Positions 1 to 12,462 of a stretch of 64,000 nucleotides of DNA are shown one piece after another (position 1 is the stretch's first letter; every line of letters begins with the position of its first letter). Where the stretch lies: the NCBI GenBank assembly GCA_951406725.2, contig OX597815.1:70432001-70496000 (forward strand). Reading direction: 5' to 3'. A program made the translations under genes and the position numbers. The notes beneath the pieces were generated by a model. That model made no database searches. It saw only the letters and a list, made by a program, of their open reading frames with translations, and was not told the origin of the DNA. Source of the stretch: Octopus vulgaris. Its lineage: Eukaryota.

Positions 1-30
1 ACATACATGCATGCATACGTACATACATAC

Positions 31-122
<92 letters not shown>

Positions 123-309
123 ATAAGAGACAAGACATGAATAATGGTCAATACATATGTTTTTTTATTGTGGTCAGTTTGACTTACACCTGTTTCCAGT
201 AGTCAACATAGGTTCGTTATGATAGGTATACTCAATCGACCCACTGATCGTTTTAGAAACATTGGACGACCTAAAAAATTAATGCTACTCGCGTCAGTCA
301 TTCCATATA

Positions 310-427
<118 letters not shown>

Positions 428-905
428 CATACATACACCCGCTTATCTTATACACACACTAATCTGTGTATACAAATGAACGGCTGCCTTTGATTAAATG
501 CACTCATGTTCTTTCAATCTTTAAGTGCTTTGATTCCCAGAACTTGTGTCCCCTTCGAGTACATAAGGCAACTACTTCTATATCAGTATTTGACTTATTT
601 TATCGCCCTTGGAAAGATAAAAAGCAATGTCATCCTGGATGGATTTGAACCTGTAATATTAGGAGCTATAAGCTAATACCGCAAGGTATTTTGTTCAGCG
701 CTTCACCAGCCTTGCCATTCGGCTATCTGTGTATTAATACTAAAATCTTATATAACATGCACGCGCGTGTGCGTTTGTGTGTGCATGGGTGCATGTGTAA
801 CTGTGTGCATGTGCATCGTATCGTCAACCTTGTGCATTTTGGGGTACATACACCCATATATACATACACACACGCACATAAGCTCGACTGAAGTTTCGTT
901 ATCTC

Positions 906-1120
906 TATGTATGTATGTATGTATGTATGTATGTATGTATGTATGTATGTATGTATGTATGTATGTATGTATGTATGTATGTATGTATGTATGCATGCAT
1001 GCATGCATGCATGCATGTATGTATGTATGTATGTATGTATGTATGTATGTATGTATGTATGTATGTATGTATGTATGTATGTGTGTATGTATGTATGTGT
1101 GTATGTATGTATGTATGTAT
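906..1120. repeat. (TATG)n microsatellite, representative of dozens of (TA)n, (CA)n, (TACA)n, (TAGA)n and (AAT)n tracts
   Basis: Direct inspection. Other large tracts at 307-422, 13088-13335, 15519-15838, 16416-16544, 23950-24393, 37968-38033, 62480-62846. Confidence 0.98.
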
Positions 1121-2523
1121 TCGTTTCTCTCTCCAACTATCTATCTATCTAACAGGTTTTGTTGAATTTTCTGCTCCTTTAAATAAAGCATATTACTCTA
1201 CCACTGGTATTTGAGTACTCTTTTTTCCACCTTGTTTCACATTTATGTGTTTACTCCGGTATATATGTATATGTATATATATATACTAGTATACATACAT
1301 GCACGATTATATATTTGTATGTATGTATGTATGTATGTATGTATGTATGTATGTATGTATGTATGTATGTATGTGTGTATAGATTCGATTGTCTGAATTA
1401 CTTCTTGTTTTTAATCTCATCTATGAAGTTTACAAGAAAGTTAAAAACTTTGTTGATTATAAACATTATTTCATTAGTTGTAATGAATTGCTTATTTACG
1501 GGCCTTTCAGGTTTCATTTAATTGTAAAGTTCTTTTGCTCTTCCTCCTCGGTTAATTTCCTCCCGCAAAGAGAAAATAATTGAAAAGCTTTTCTCAAAGA
1601 AATAACAGACATTTAATTTTTTGTTCTTTATCAATACAAGCCAAATTAATGAAAATGAGGAATCAATCACTTATACTCTGAACCTGTATAGCTTTCTCAG
1701 TTTTAGATGCAGAAATAAATATAAAGAAAAACCATGGTATATTAGGAAGATCTTATGTATCTTGTTTGTAACCATTCTTTAATAGAAAAACTGCTATATT
1801 TTATGTAAACCATCATAAGATATAGTACATAATCTTCATAGGTTTATATTATAACTGAATATATATTAATATAATAAATCTTTGCACGTTAACGAAGGAT
1901 ATTAAGTAAAATAATGTTATAATTTTGTGAGTTGGAACTGCTTTCTATTTCTCCTTGCGCACAACACTCACCAGTAGTTATCATAGATTGAACTTACTTC
2001 TGTAGGTTGTTAGCCGAGTTTGCAGGATAAATGAATGCTAGAAATGTACTTGATAGTGATTTTATGGTAAATCGGAGTCATTAAATATATTGTGAAATAT
2101 ATATATTTCTATTATTTCAAAGCTTTATTGCAAATGTTGACATTCTAATTCGAGGGAAAATGGCGGCAGTCGGAGCAGTTGTGTTTCTCGTATCTTACTT
2201 CATCTCAACTTTACAGAGAGATTGTGCAGCCAAAATCTAGTTTAGAACCATATAATTAATTTTGTATCTATAAACTATTATCTGTACAAATTTTGTTAAA
2301 ATACATACATTAGTTTTTGAAATATAAAAATTAGAAGTATGCTAGCCGAGTTTTACAGTGTGAGTGGAGCTGACTAAATTTTAAAATAAACCTGCATAAA
2401 TAGCTGGAATGTGGATAAAAATTACTTAGAAAGAAAGTTTAATGTCTGCAGATGATGATTATCACTAAATAAAAATTTTTAATTAGTTCAATTATTTCCA
2501 ACCAACTGATGAAGTTGGTTAAT

Positions 2524-2618
2524 AAACACACTAGTTGTACAGCAGGCTACATTTCTAAGGTGAGCGCTAAGCAATGTTGTGTGTTTTCTGCTACGTCCGC
2601 GCGCTGCTTACATCAGTT
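2524..2618 (+). promoter_or_regulatory. H1 core promoter: H1 (AC) box, HINFP/H4-site-II-like motif, initiator
   Basis: AAACACA 2524-2530, inverted TGTGTTT 2580-2586, TACGTCCGC 2592-2600, TCAGTT Inr 2613-2618, about 180 nt upstream of the ATG. Confidence 0.6.
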
Positions 2619-2792
2619 GGTGGTGGCGGTTGTGGTTGATACTCTTATCTCATCCTGTAGGTGAACTTCGTTAGCTGGCTGCTGTTGTTATTACAACTAC
2701 TACCACTAGCTCGCTCGCTCTTTCTATTATTGTTTGTCTTTCGGTTTTTAACTTTTTACCTTCCCGACCAGTGTATTTCTGTCAAACCCGAC

Positions 2793-3329
2793 ATGGCTGA
2801 AGCAACTGAACAGAAGGCCGCCGCCACAACCAAAAAAGCAGCAAAAGCAAAAAAAGCTTCCAGATATCCGGCTTACAATACCATGATCACAGAAGCTATC
2901 ACTGCCCTTGCTGAAAAAGGGGGTTCTTCTCGTCAAGCCATTATCAAATATATTGTCAAACAGTACAAAGTATCTCCCGATGACAAAGGGGCTATAGCAC
3001 AGTTAAAATTGGGTCTTAAACGTGGTGTACGTTCTGGGGCCTTGAAACAATCCAAGGGATCCGGTGCATCTGGATCTTTCAAGCTCGGTTCAGCTAAAAA
3101 GGAAGAGAAAAAGAAGACAAAGGCCAAGAGCGCCGGTAAAACAAAACCAAAGAAGGCCAAGGCTCCGAAGAAAGTAACCAAGTCACCCAAGAAGACAGAC
3201 AAAAAAGTAAAGAAAGCGAAAGTTGCCAAACCCGTGAAAAAGCCAAAATCACCAAAGAAACCAAAAACAGCTGCCAAAAAAAGTACCAAATCTAAACCAA
3301 AGCCAAAGAAGTCTGCATCCAAGAAATAG
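2793..3329 (+). CDS. H1: Linker histone H1, replication-independent H1.0/H5/H1-delta-like (178 aa)
   Basis: ATG in good context (gacATGg) at 2793, in frame with the 2661 ORF. Winged-helix globular domain YPAYNTMITEAITALAEKGGSSRQAIIKYI...LKQSKGSGASGSFKL resembles H1.0/H5 (GSSRQSIQKYI...KGVGASGSFRL). Lys/Ala/Pro-rich tail with SPKK motifs. No introns. The upstream 44 codons of the track ORF are 5'UTR. Confidence 0.95.
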   Translation: MAEATEQKAAATTKKAAKAKKASRYPAYNTMITEAITALAEKGGSSRQAIIKYIVKQYKVSPDDKGAIAQLKLGLKRGVRSGALKQSKGSGASGSFKLGSAKKEEKKKTKAKSAGKTKPKKAKAPKKVTKSPKKTDKKVKKAKVAKPVKKPKSPKKPKTAAKKSTKSKPKPKKSASKK

Positions 3330-4044
3330 TTGCTGTTTAAAGGGAGTGAACTAATGTTTCTACAGAAATACTTTGTATACAGACTGCAGCCTCCAAGAAT
3401 ACAACAGAAAACAATCATTCTTCATTACTTTAACATCCTGATGTACATATATTATACACACATTGTCTGAGTTCTCGAGCTGCTATCCATCTCAACGACA
3501 GCTTCGATAACGTTAGTTGGTGTGAGGAAGTTTTCTCTTCTGATTGCCCCAACTATTTGGTCTGTTAATTCCAGAAACTTTTAAAATCTATATTTTTAGG
3601 GCAAAAAAAAAATGTATTTTGGCTCATCGCTGTATACAAAAATATTTCATCCACTTTTCAGCACATTTCCCATGAATACAAATTAGTTTTGTCATGTTCA
3701 TCATTCAACTCTCACCTCACCATAATATCTTCGGATATTAAAAAAAACATTTGTACTAAAAACTCATCACCTTAAACTTTTCTCATCGATCTTCATCGAT
3801 CGATTACTTTAGGGGAAAAACGTTAATATTAAACTTCACTCTGTGAGTGAATCCTGAACTAATCACGCCATTCATTATCCCTCATGAATAATCAAATGCG
3901 TATTTATTTAATCACAACACCAGTCCCAACACTGACACTAGTTCAAACTTGCATTATATCTCGCCCACGAACACTGTCTATTTGACTCTGAGAGGGTTCT
4001 TGTGGGGATTCATTTTGGAATTTGTCACGTTCCATGTACGTACA

Positions 4045-4050
4045 AATAAA
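4045..4050 (+). terminator. Probable polyadenylation signal of the H1 mRNA
   Basis: AATAAA about 715 nt after the stop, followed by T/GT-rich sequence. No canonical histone 16-nt stem-loop after the stop codon. Confidence 0.55.
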
Positions 4051-5900
4051 ATATGAACTTTATTTAATGAGTTTCGTTATTTCTTTTATATCCTACATTG
4101 AAGATGTCTGTTATAAACAAGATATATTACTACGTATTATTTATGTTTATCGGGTGGATAAGCTTCTTTAACCATTTTCCAACCAGTGTAAGATGTTGGT
4201 TATGACAGACATCGGAGCTATGATTATGTTATTTCATATTGCAGATATATTTTCATTTTTCCTCTTGATCACTAAAACTGGAACTGACGAAGATTTGTCC
4301 AATTCATGTCGATGTTAACAGGAAGCAGTCGTTTCAAACTGACCAACGGATGTAAACTTTTATTTTTCAAATCAAGTAAACCCTAAATATGCAAGGATTA
4401 ACGAGACTAAATTATTTAGTCTCGTTATACTCACAGTACTTAAATTGACTGGTTAAACATCTTAATGCGGGTTCCGAAGAGCCAACACTTTAAGGGCAAG
4501 TTTAGTCGGTTTAGAGGTGGCCTGTATTAGGCCTAGATATTGTCTTTTAGATTTCGTTCGCTGCGTGTCTTTTTTCCCCCCACGTCATCTGATCGAGTAA
4601 ACGTCAAGCGTCGAAAAATACCAGCAATTAATCTTCAGTAGATTACGCTATGAAAGGTATTCCTAGTAGTTGAGGCTGGGTATGATTTAGCTGCTATTTC
4701 GTTGTAGTCTGAGTCGTTAACGTTCGCCCCATGTATTTAAACACTGGTATTGCGGCTGCTTGTTTTCGTGCTAGGTCGAGGTAACAGCCAACCTAGTTAG
4801 CTCGATTTACTGTTCTGTAAACGTTGTGGGGAAGTGGTATGTCTTCTATCAGATATTTCGTTGTGTGAATAACAAACCGAGATAGAACAAGTTGATTATC
4901 GGAGAAGTGTTAATATCGAATATTTAAAATTTAAGGTTCTTTCCAGGTAGCCCTTCTCGGCTATTTTGAACATGTTCCAGATGGACAGCTGACTGCTGCA
5001 AACGGAAATCATCGGTTCACTGAAAGCTTAATTTTTTCCCCTCTAGACTACATCTAGAATTGCATTGTCTTGTCTTCGAAAGACACCAGTATTTCAAGGA
5101 TTTTAGCTGCTGTTTCTAACAAGTTTAGCGGCTACATAGACTCTAGTTTGTCTGTGATTACTGCTGAATTAATAGTTACTTTAATATTGTTTTGGATGGG
5201 AAGGTTGATTTTAAATGCGTTGTAAATTTCCTCCATCTTATGGAGTTGGGATGAAGGACTTTCCTCGAAGTTGGACCCCGGTTTGTATAACAAAATTTAG
5301 TGTTCGCACGTCATGTATTTTAATGACAAATAAGTATTACTATAAAACCATAATTTTGATATGTAATCAATGTTATGGACACGTTTGAGCGCTTCTCTAT
5401 TACGAAAATTAATGTTAGTTGGAAATAAAGGTTTGAAGAAATTTTCAAAGGACTCTATGCTAGTATTTTATTACTGGGCATACAGCGGAAATATTGAAGA
5501 CGCTTCTGAATTGAAAACCTGCAGCTATGTATTTTATCGACCCTAGAAGACTGAATTTACATTAACATAGCTTTGATTTTGAAAACAATGCTGTTAGGTA
5601 CAATATTGACCGGAAACTTATTTCTGAAAATATTTATTCCAAATTTTCGTAGATCCGTTAAATCGATTTTTCTAATCAACTGTTAGTTGCAACAGCTAAG
5701 GAAAAACTATAAGCTCAACCTCGGTGAGATAATGCAAGGCACAAAGGGACATAACTGAAGTACAAGCTGGCCGTTGCTCGTCAGCGGTTGACTTCTGCAC
5801 CAACCCAGCGCTTGTGTAGCCGCCTCTTTATACTTGATCATTAAATAAATGTGCTCAAGGAAAAACTCGCTGTCCGTTCAAGGAATTGAACCACTGAGCC

Positions 5901-6145
5901 CAGTGGCTCTCAACCATTTTTGCTTAAAGAACCCCTTGATTCTTATTTTACTCAGGTGGACCCACAAAGCCATTTGATGTTTTAATAAAATGCTATTATT
6001 TTTGATACAGAATATTAAGAATTGTATTAAAAATTCGTTTATTTTGTATATTGTAGAAATATAAGCGATTTATTGCAGATAAACCATAGCAACAAAATCC
6101 TATATTCCTCCCAAGGGCGATATGGACCCTGGTTGAGAACCATTG
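5901..6145. mobile_element. hAT-Charlie-like MITE
   Basis: 15-bp TIRs CAGTGGCTCTCAACC / GGTTGAGAACCATTG (CAGTGGTTCTCAA-type ends). 8-bp TSD eroded. Confidence 0.65.
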
Positions 6146-6234
6146 ATTTAATCACTTGATCTTGTTTCTTCACATCTAAGTACTTCAAATAAGGTATATT
6201 ATTGTAAATTGAGTACTACTGTTCAACTTTCAGT

Positions 6235-6733
6235 TATCGTAAATCCTCGAGTATAGTCCGCCCTTGAATATAATACGCAGGGATTTTTAGGGGGCTGTAC
6301 CTCTGAAAAACCTAAACCTTGTGTATAATACGCACTCCTAACTTGAGTCAAGGAGGTCTATATAACGTCCTTGGTTTGTAAAAATGTATATGGTAACGTC
6401 CTCTATTATTATTGTAGATATAACATGATGCAAACGTGTAGCTTTTTTGTGCATTTTGCTTGCAGAGAATAAAGAAATAACTAATAACTTTTAATAAATA
6501 TTGCTTACTGCATGTTATGAATGATTCTTTTATGACTTCATTGTTTTCTGGCTTAGGTGTTATTAAGGTATTTTCGCGCCCGACAACACAAAATGCGTCT
6601 GAATAAACATTGCCGGACAGGAAATAGAGACTCGGACATTGCTTAGAAAATAATTTTCATTTTTAACCTCGTATATAGGACGCACTTTAAATTTTGGGGA
6701 AAAAATGCGGATTATACTCGAGGATTTACGGTA
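6235..6733. mobile_element. TA-flanked Tc1/mariner-pogo-type MITE
   Basis: 27-bp inverted termini TATCGTAAATCCTCGAGTATAGTCCGC vs GCGGATTATACTCGAGGATTTACGGTA (2 mismatches), including the TA. Confidence 0.75.
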
Positions 6734-6859
6734 TATAATCACGAGACCAACGCAAATGACTAAATGCTGGAAGACAATCAAAATGCCACATTTCGTCTAG
6801 TGTACCAAACTGATCTTAGAATTATGTCTTGCTTGTTTTTAGATTTTAAGTTCACCTAG

Positions 6860-7640
6860 AAGGAATTTTTATCTCTTAATTATTTGGATAATCTCACTTC
6901 ATGAAATTTTCCAACTCTTTTATGTCACTCGCCTGTGGGTTATCAATCTTCCACCGGTATGTAAATCTGTCAAAATTTCTCGCCTATAGACAATCCCCAT
7001 CCATTCTCTCTTGGATCTATAGTTTCCTACCTGATCGCACCATCATGGTAACTACTGACGGAGTTCTTTCCGTCCTACTCTCAATCCACTTTGGTGTTTT
7101 CCAGAGTTCTGTTCTGTCTCCCACTCTCTTTTCCTTCTGTATATCTACGACCTGCTTGTTGCCACCTAACAACGCCTACTTTTATGAAGATGACATAACT
7201 TTTCATTACTCTCTATCCTTCCTCAAACATATCAACCACATGCAGCCAAACAAGTCCTGATTTAATAAACGGAGACCCTGAAAGAATACTTCAGTGGGGC
7301 CATACCAACATTTCTTTTCACAGTTTTCCGATGTCTGGGACGGTGTTGCTATGTTCACTGATACCTTGGACCACGTCCAGAGAAAGCCACTCAGTAAATT
7401 TGTATTCAATCACTTACAGATACACACCAACTTCTTCCCCATAAGCACATTGGCTCCTCCCCTGTCTTTTCTATCTATACTATAATGGCCTCTGTTCTTC
7501 AGAGCTGCCTAGTCTCCTACATCTATCTCTCGGGAATCCCAACCCAGTCTTCTTTCCATCTCTATTCATTTTTTGTTGAGTTCACCTATTTCGGACCTGC
7601 GCTGGTAGTTCAACCTACCCAGAACACCTCGCTGCTCAAG
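6860..7640 (+). mobile_element. Degenerate Jockey/CR1-group LINE reverse transcriptase fragment
   Basis: WIYSFLPDRTIMVTTDGVLS...GVFQSSVLSPTLF and YEDD (decayed GVPQGSVL.P.LF / YADD motifs), frameshifted. Confidence 0.7.
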
Positions 7641-7897
7641 TCTTATATGGTGCAGTAATAGCACCAGTCTCACTGATCTCGAAAGGCCCACAAAGTCATG
7701 AGCATTCTCCCTTCGTCCAGACTCAACAAGTAAAAAAACATGTGATACTCTGCCATTTATGTGTGTCTGTAGGGTATATCTTTCTATCTACACACATACA
7801 TACATTCATGCATACATACATACATACATACATACATACATACATACATACATACATACATACATACATACATACATACATACATACATACATACAT

Positions 7898-7968
<71 letters not shown>

Positions 7969-7994
7969 TACATACACAGATACATATATTATTA

Positions 7995-8313
7995 TTCTTT
8001 TCTACTCTAGGTACAAGGCCCGAAATTTTTTGACGGGGAGGGTGCCGGTTGGTTAGATCGAAAGTATGAAAGGCGGAATTTGACCTTAGAACGTAAAGAC
8101 AGACGAAATACCTATTTCTTTACAACCCACAAGGGGCTAAAACACAGAGAGGACAAACAAGGATAGACAAACGGATTAAGTTGATTTTATCGACCCCGAA
8201 AGGATGAAAGGCAAAGTCAACCTCGGCGGAATTTGAACTCAGAACGCAGCGGCGGACGAAATACCTCAAAACATTTCGTCCGGCGTGCTAACGTTTCTGC
8301 CAGCTCGCCGCCT
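7995..8313 (-). mobile_element. tRNA-derived SINE family A (head AAGGCGGCGAGCTGGCAGAA, core GCCTTTCATCCTTTCGGGGTCGATAAA)
   Basis: A/B-box-like head on the minus strand and a conserved core shared with many copies in the window. Confidence 0.8.
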
Positions 8314-9144
8314 TACATACTATAATTATTGCTATCATGATATAGTGAGAGAAAAAATGTAACATGCATTAAGAAAGAAAACAACAATGATTTTGCTATG
8401 GAATGGTGAAACTACTTTTTCGTTTTCTGAAAAAGCAACGTTTTGGGCTTACGACACTTTTGCATAAGAGCAATGATATACATATATATATTTATAAGAT
8501 CCTTACAGGTAAGAGATGGCTTCTTAGGAAGTACAAGGTACATACATTAAATCCTGACTAGTCTCTTCTACGAGTGATTTTATTGTGTCAACTTCAAAGT
8601 CAATGATTTCTCAGGAAACTGAAGGGTTTTCCTGCCATCCACCAATAAATCTTCCTGTCATCTTTCATAAAATGTTCTATAGAGTTCTTCTCTCACATTA
8701 AACTTAAATACGAAAATCTAGTTCTTAGCCTTTTTGATTTTAGCCACTGTCTTTACCACCAAAAGAAAGAGAAAAAAATTTTCATGTCCCTTCCTTATGA
8801 ACGGATGGCGAGTAAGAGATATTTTTGACATCTGGTCGGCAACCAAAGCCAACAAAAACACGATAGCAGCATTTAGAGATAATCTCTCAGGCCAATAACA
8901 TGTCAATTTTCGCATTTCCGGCTATAAGCATTACTATGCCTGTAAAGTTATTTCAAACCGGAAGCGCGATTTCATTTCGGAAGTAATTCCAGGTCAACGA
9001 TTCTTGACAAAATATCCATAAGCGCAGGCATGGCAAGATGGGTAAGAAGCTCGCTTTACAATCATTAGGTTCAGTGCCACTGTGTGGTATCTTGGATAAA
9101 TGACTTCTACTACCGCCCAGGTCGAACGATGCCTTGAGGGTGAA

Positions 9145-10063
9145 TTTGAAGAAAACAGCATAGCATGGTATGTAAAAAAATGCTACAGAATCGCTATTAT
9201 TGGAATTAAGAAGGTCAGGCTTGTGTAGGATGGAAGATTGCAAAGATAAAGCACTGTACGATGATTTGAGAATGAATGAAACTGAAAATAGGTGAATAAA
9301 GAAAAGAATGCATGGACAATTTCATAGGGGTGTTGAAGATAAGACAGACAGAGAAAAAAGATGACTGTAGATGACTAAGAGTGATTTAAAACCAGAAACG
9401 AAGGCTCTGATCTGTGTTGCCGAAGAGCAAGCATTAAGAACGAATTACATCAAATATAGATAACACATCAGAAAGTGATTAGTGTAGAATTTGTGGACAA
9501 AATGGTGAAACTGAATGACATATTACCAGTCAATGTACGCCACTAGCCCAGAAAGAATATAATAGACGTAATGACAATATAGCAGGGATTGTCTATTGGA
9601 CACTTTGCAACAAGTATGAACTTGACAGAGCAAAAAAGTGGTACGAAGATAAAATCAAAGGCATCATCGAAAATGATAATGCAAAGATCCTATGGGATTT
9701 TATGATTCAGTGCGACCATGAGATAGAGAACAGGAAACCAGACATAGTGGTAATTGAAAAAGAAAGCAAACTATGCTGGATCATAGTTATAGCATGCCCA
9801 GCTGACAACAAGGTATGCGATAAGGAAGAAAGGAAAGTCGATAGATATAACAAGTTGGCTTGGGAGGTTAAGCAGTTGTGGTCGCTGAAAAAGGTGGTAA
9901 CAGTACCAATAATTATCGGAGCCCTGGAAACAGTGAGTAAAGGTCTTGAGAAAATCTCGACATGGAATAAATAGGGGCTGCAATAAGAGTGGAGCACTTG
10001 CAGAAAAGCACTGCTTGGATCCGCTCGAATACTCCGGATTGTGCTCGAATAATAATAATAATA
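9145..10063 (+). mobile_element. R4/Dong-clade non-LTR retrotransposon, 3' part (copy 1)
   Basis: MHGQF, KPETKALICVAEEQALRTNYIK, decayed CCHC knuckle, ILWDFMIQCDHEIENRKPDIVVI (PD-(D/E)xK restriction-like endonuclease), VPIIIGAL. Ends in (AAT)5. Confidence 0.85.
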
Positions 10064-10640
10064 GATCCATTGGAATCTCTGTGGAAATCACAACCTACAA
10101 AGAGCAAAGGCGTTGTTTGAGTAAACCCCAGACGGAGTCACCGAGAATGAAAATTGCAAAGTCCTGTGGGATACAATGATTCAGTGCGATCACCTGATCA
10201 AACATCGGAATCCAGACATCGTTGTGATGAATAAAAAAGAAAGAACATGCATGATAATCGACATAGCATGTCCCGGTGACAACAGGATCAAAGAGAAAGA
10301 AGAAAAAATGAAGATTTATAACGATTTGAAGCGGGAAATACGAAGGTTGTGGTCAATGAGGAGAGTAGACGTGGTACCAATAGTAATTGGCGCACTTGGA
10401 AGAATCAGGACTCAACTACCAATATGGCTCAAAAAGATTGGTATATATGTGAAGGTAGAACACCTACAGAAATCAGCATTGCTTGAAACTGCAAGAATTC
10501 TTCGCAAGGTTCTTGAAGCATGACCAATAAAACAAGTGTCATCTTAGTCTGCTGGCTGTGACAGCTGATACTTTCCTTTATACCCAGTAATATAATTTGT
10601 GAGTTTTAATACAACAACAACAACAACAATAATAATAATA
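10064..10640 (+). mobile_element. R4/Dong-clade 3' end (copy 2)
   Basis: ORF 10176-10523: IQCDHLIKHRNPDIVVM...IDIACP...VPIVIGALG...LQKSALLETARILRKVLEA, then 3'UTR and (AAC)/(AAT) tail. Confidence 0.85.
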
Positions 10641-11127
10641 AAGGAGATGCAGTATGATTTTAAAAAGTGAGGGAAGAAATAGTGAGTGAGAAGCAGCCAG
10701 ATCTAAGACTAACTAGTGCATTAATGAGTAAAGTGTTGGGAAAAATGCCGAATTGGAAGGCCCAGGACCAGATTTAGGGTACTGGCCAAAGAAAATTAAT
10801 AGTTTACATGGGAGTCTGAGGGAAGAATTTCAGGATTGTATTAATGGAGGAATAATACTAGATTGGATGGCTAGATGGAGGACAATACTCATTATAAAAG
10901 ATAGAGCAAGGGTAATACACCTAGCAACTATAGACCAATCACTTGCTTACCTTTAGTGTGGAAGATATTAACAGGAATGCTTTCAGAAAGCATTTACGGG
11001 AAGCTTGACAACTAGAATTTACTGCTAGAAGAACAAAAAGGTTGCAGGAAGAAGGCTAGAGGAACGCATGATCTATTATATATAGACAAATCAGTTCTAA
11101 ATGAAGTAATAGCTAGAAAGAAAAATC
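10641..11127 (+). mobile_element. R4/Dong-clade RT N-terminal fragment (copy 3)
   Basis: KMPNWK.PGPD, SNYRPITCLPLVWKILTG, EEQKGCRKKARGTHDLLYIDK, across frameshifts. Confidence 0.8.
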
Positions 11128-11129
11128 GA

Positions 11130-11945
11130 ACACAGAATGAAGCCGCTTGGCACAGATTGACCTTGAACTCTGCAGTGCATGCACACCACGTTTTAACGTT
11201 CTAGCTCACTTCCGCTGTTTACAGCAGTACTTGGAAGGAAAGTGTGTAGCGTGTGATCGTCGCATTGACCATCACAGAGAAAGTTGTCATGGCGATACTT
11301 GCTCAGAGGCCTGCACAAAGTTTCAGAAAGTGTGAGAGGAGTGTATGTACCAAACACAAGTGTACGAGTGCTTCAGACGTTTCCAAATGTCGATATTGAC
11401 GAACGTTCTGGGAGACCCGCAAACAGAAGAACCGAGAGGAACATCGCAGCTGAGAGGAGAAATCGTCGAATCCCAATCCGTGAGTTATCAGAAGATGTGC
11501 AGATCAGTTACGGTTCAGTTCAGTCCATTATCACTGAAGATTTGGGCATGAACCGCGTTTGTGCCAAGTTTGTGTCAAAACTGCTTTCCGCTGACCGAAA
11601 AGACACTTCGGTTTCAGTTGCACAAGATCTCCTTGATTGTGTCGAGAACGATGAAAACATTCTGCAAACTTTGCGTAGGATTCTGAGCAGGTATCGCCAA
11701 GCTTTTGGCATAATTTTATGCAGATTCTCTGCTCAATTTTCTCTGTCATGGTCAATGCGACGATCATGTGCTCCACACATTTCTTCCAAGCATTACTGTA
11801 AACAGCGGAAGTGAACTAGAACGTTAAAATGTGGTGAGCATGCAGTGCAGAGTTCAAGGTCAATCTGTGCCAAGTGGTTTCACTCTGCGTGCTTAAACTT
11901 CGTTATTATGGCAACAGTCCGGATACTTATTGATCAGACTATGTA
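11130..11945. mobile_element. Mariner derivative made of two head-to-head 5' ends
   Basis: + strand transposase N-terminus (DERSGRP, IRELSEDVQISYGSVQSIITEDLGM.RVCAKFV) fused to a - strand copy (MTEKIEQRICIKLCQKLG). Arms 11130-11329 and 11661-11890. Mariner TIR plus TA at the right end. Confidence 0.8.
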
Positions 11946-12234
11946 TAGTGGACAAACGAAAGAAGGACACCCAACACATTTATTGGAAGTTACATGCATC
12001 GATCATGATTCATTGGTACTCCGAGAGTTTCATGTGTGATGCTATTCAGAGATTTTGAATTTTGTATTAAAAATGACTGAATGGCATCACGCTTTAAATT
12101 CTCAGACTACCGACGAATTTGAATCAAACTATTTTGATTCATATATATATATATATATATATATATGTAGGTCCCGGGTTGAGTCGGGGTTAACCACAGT
12201 AAATAAGGTACTCAATACATAGCAGAGTAAATTA

Positions 12235-12317
12235 ATTTATTTTATAGAAGGAGCTTCCTGATGATTTCTTTTGAATGAAACAGTTCTAGTCCTGTAGAAG
12301 CTCCTTCTATAAAATAA

Positions 12318-12319
<2 letters not shown>
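12235..12319 (+). ncRNA. Type I hammerhead ribozyme (intact core) in a (TA)n-embedded Penelope-like remnant
   Basis: Stem I 23 bp perfect (12235-12257/12297-12319), CTGATGA 12258-64, short stem II TTC-tttt-GAA, GAAA 12277-80, stem III ACAG/CTGT, GTA cleavage triplet (cut after 12296). Confidence 0.75.
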
Positions 12320-12355
<36 letters not shown>

Positions 12356-12462
12356 CATAAATGAGGGTGAACATTTAGATATTAATTTAATAATACCGTC
12401 AGTTTAACACCAAGTGGCCTAGCACATAGAAACCAGGGAGACAGTACAAATTTATACATAAA

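Noticed and set aside
2661-2792. Hydrophobic signal-peptide-like extension of H1
   Set aside because: Begins at GTG in a T-rich 5'UTR; the true start is ATG 2793.
2933-3418. 161-aa Phe-rich minus-strand ORF
   Set aside because: Antisense shadow of the Lys-rich H1 codons.
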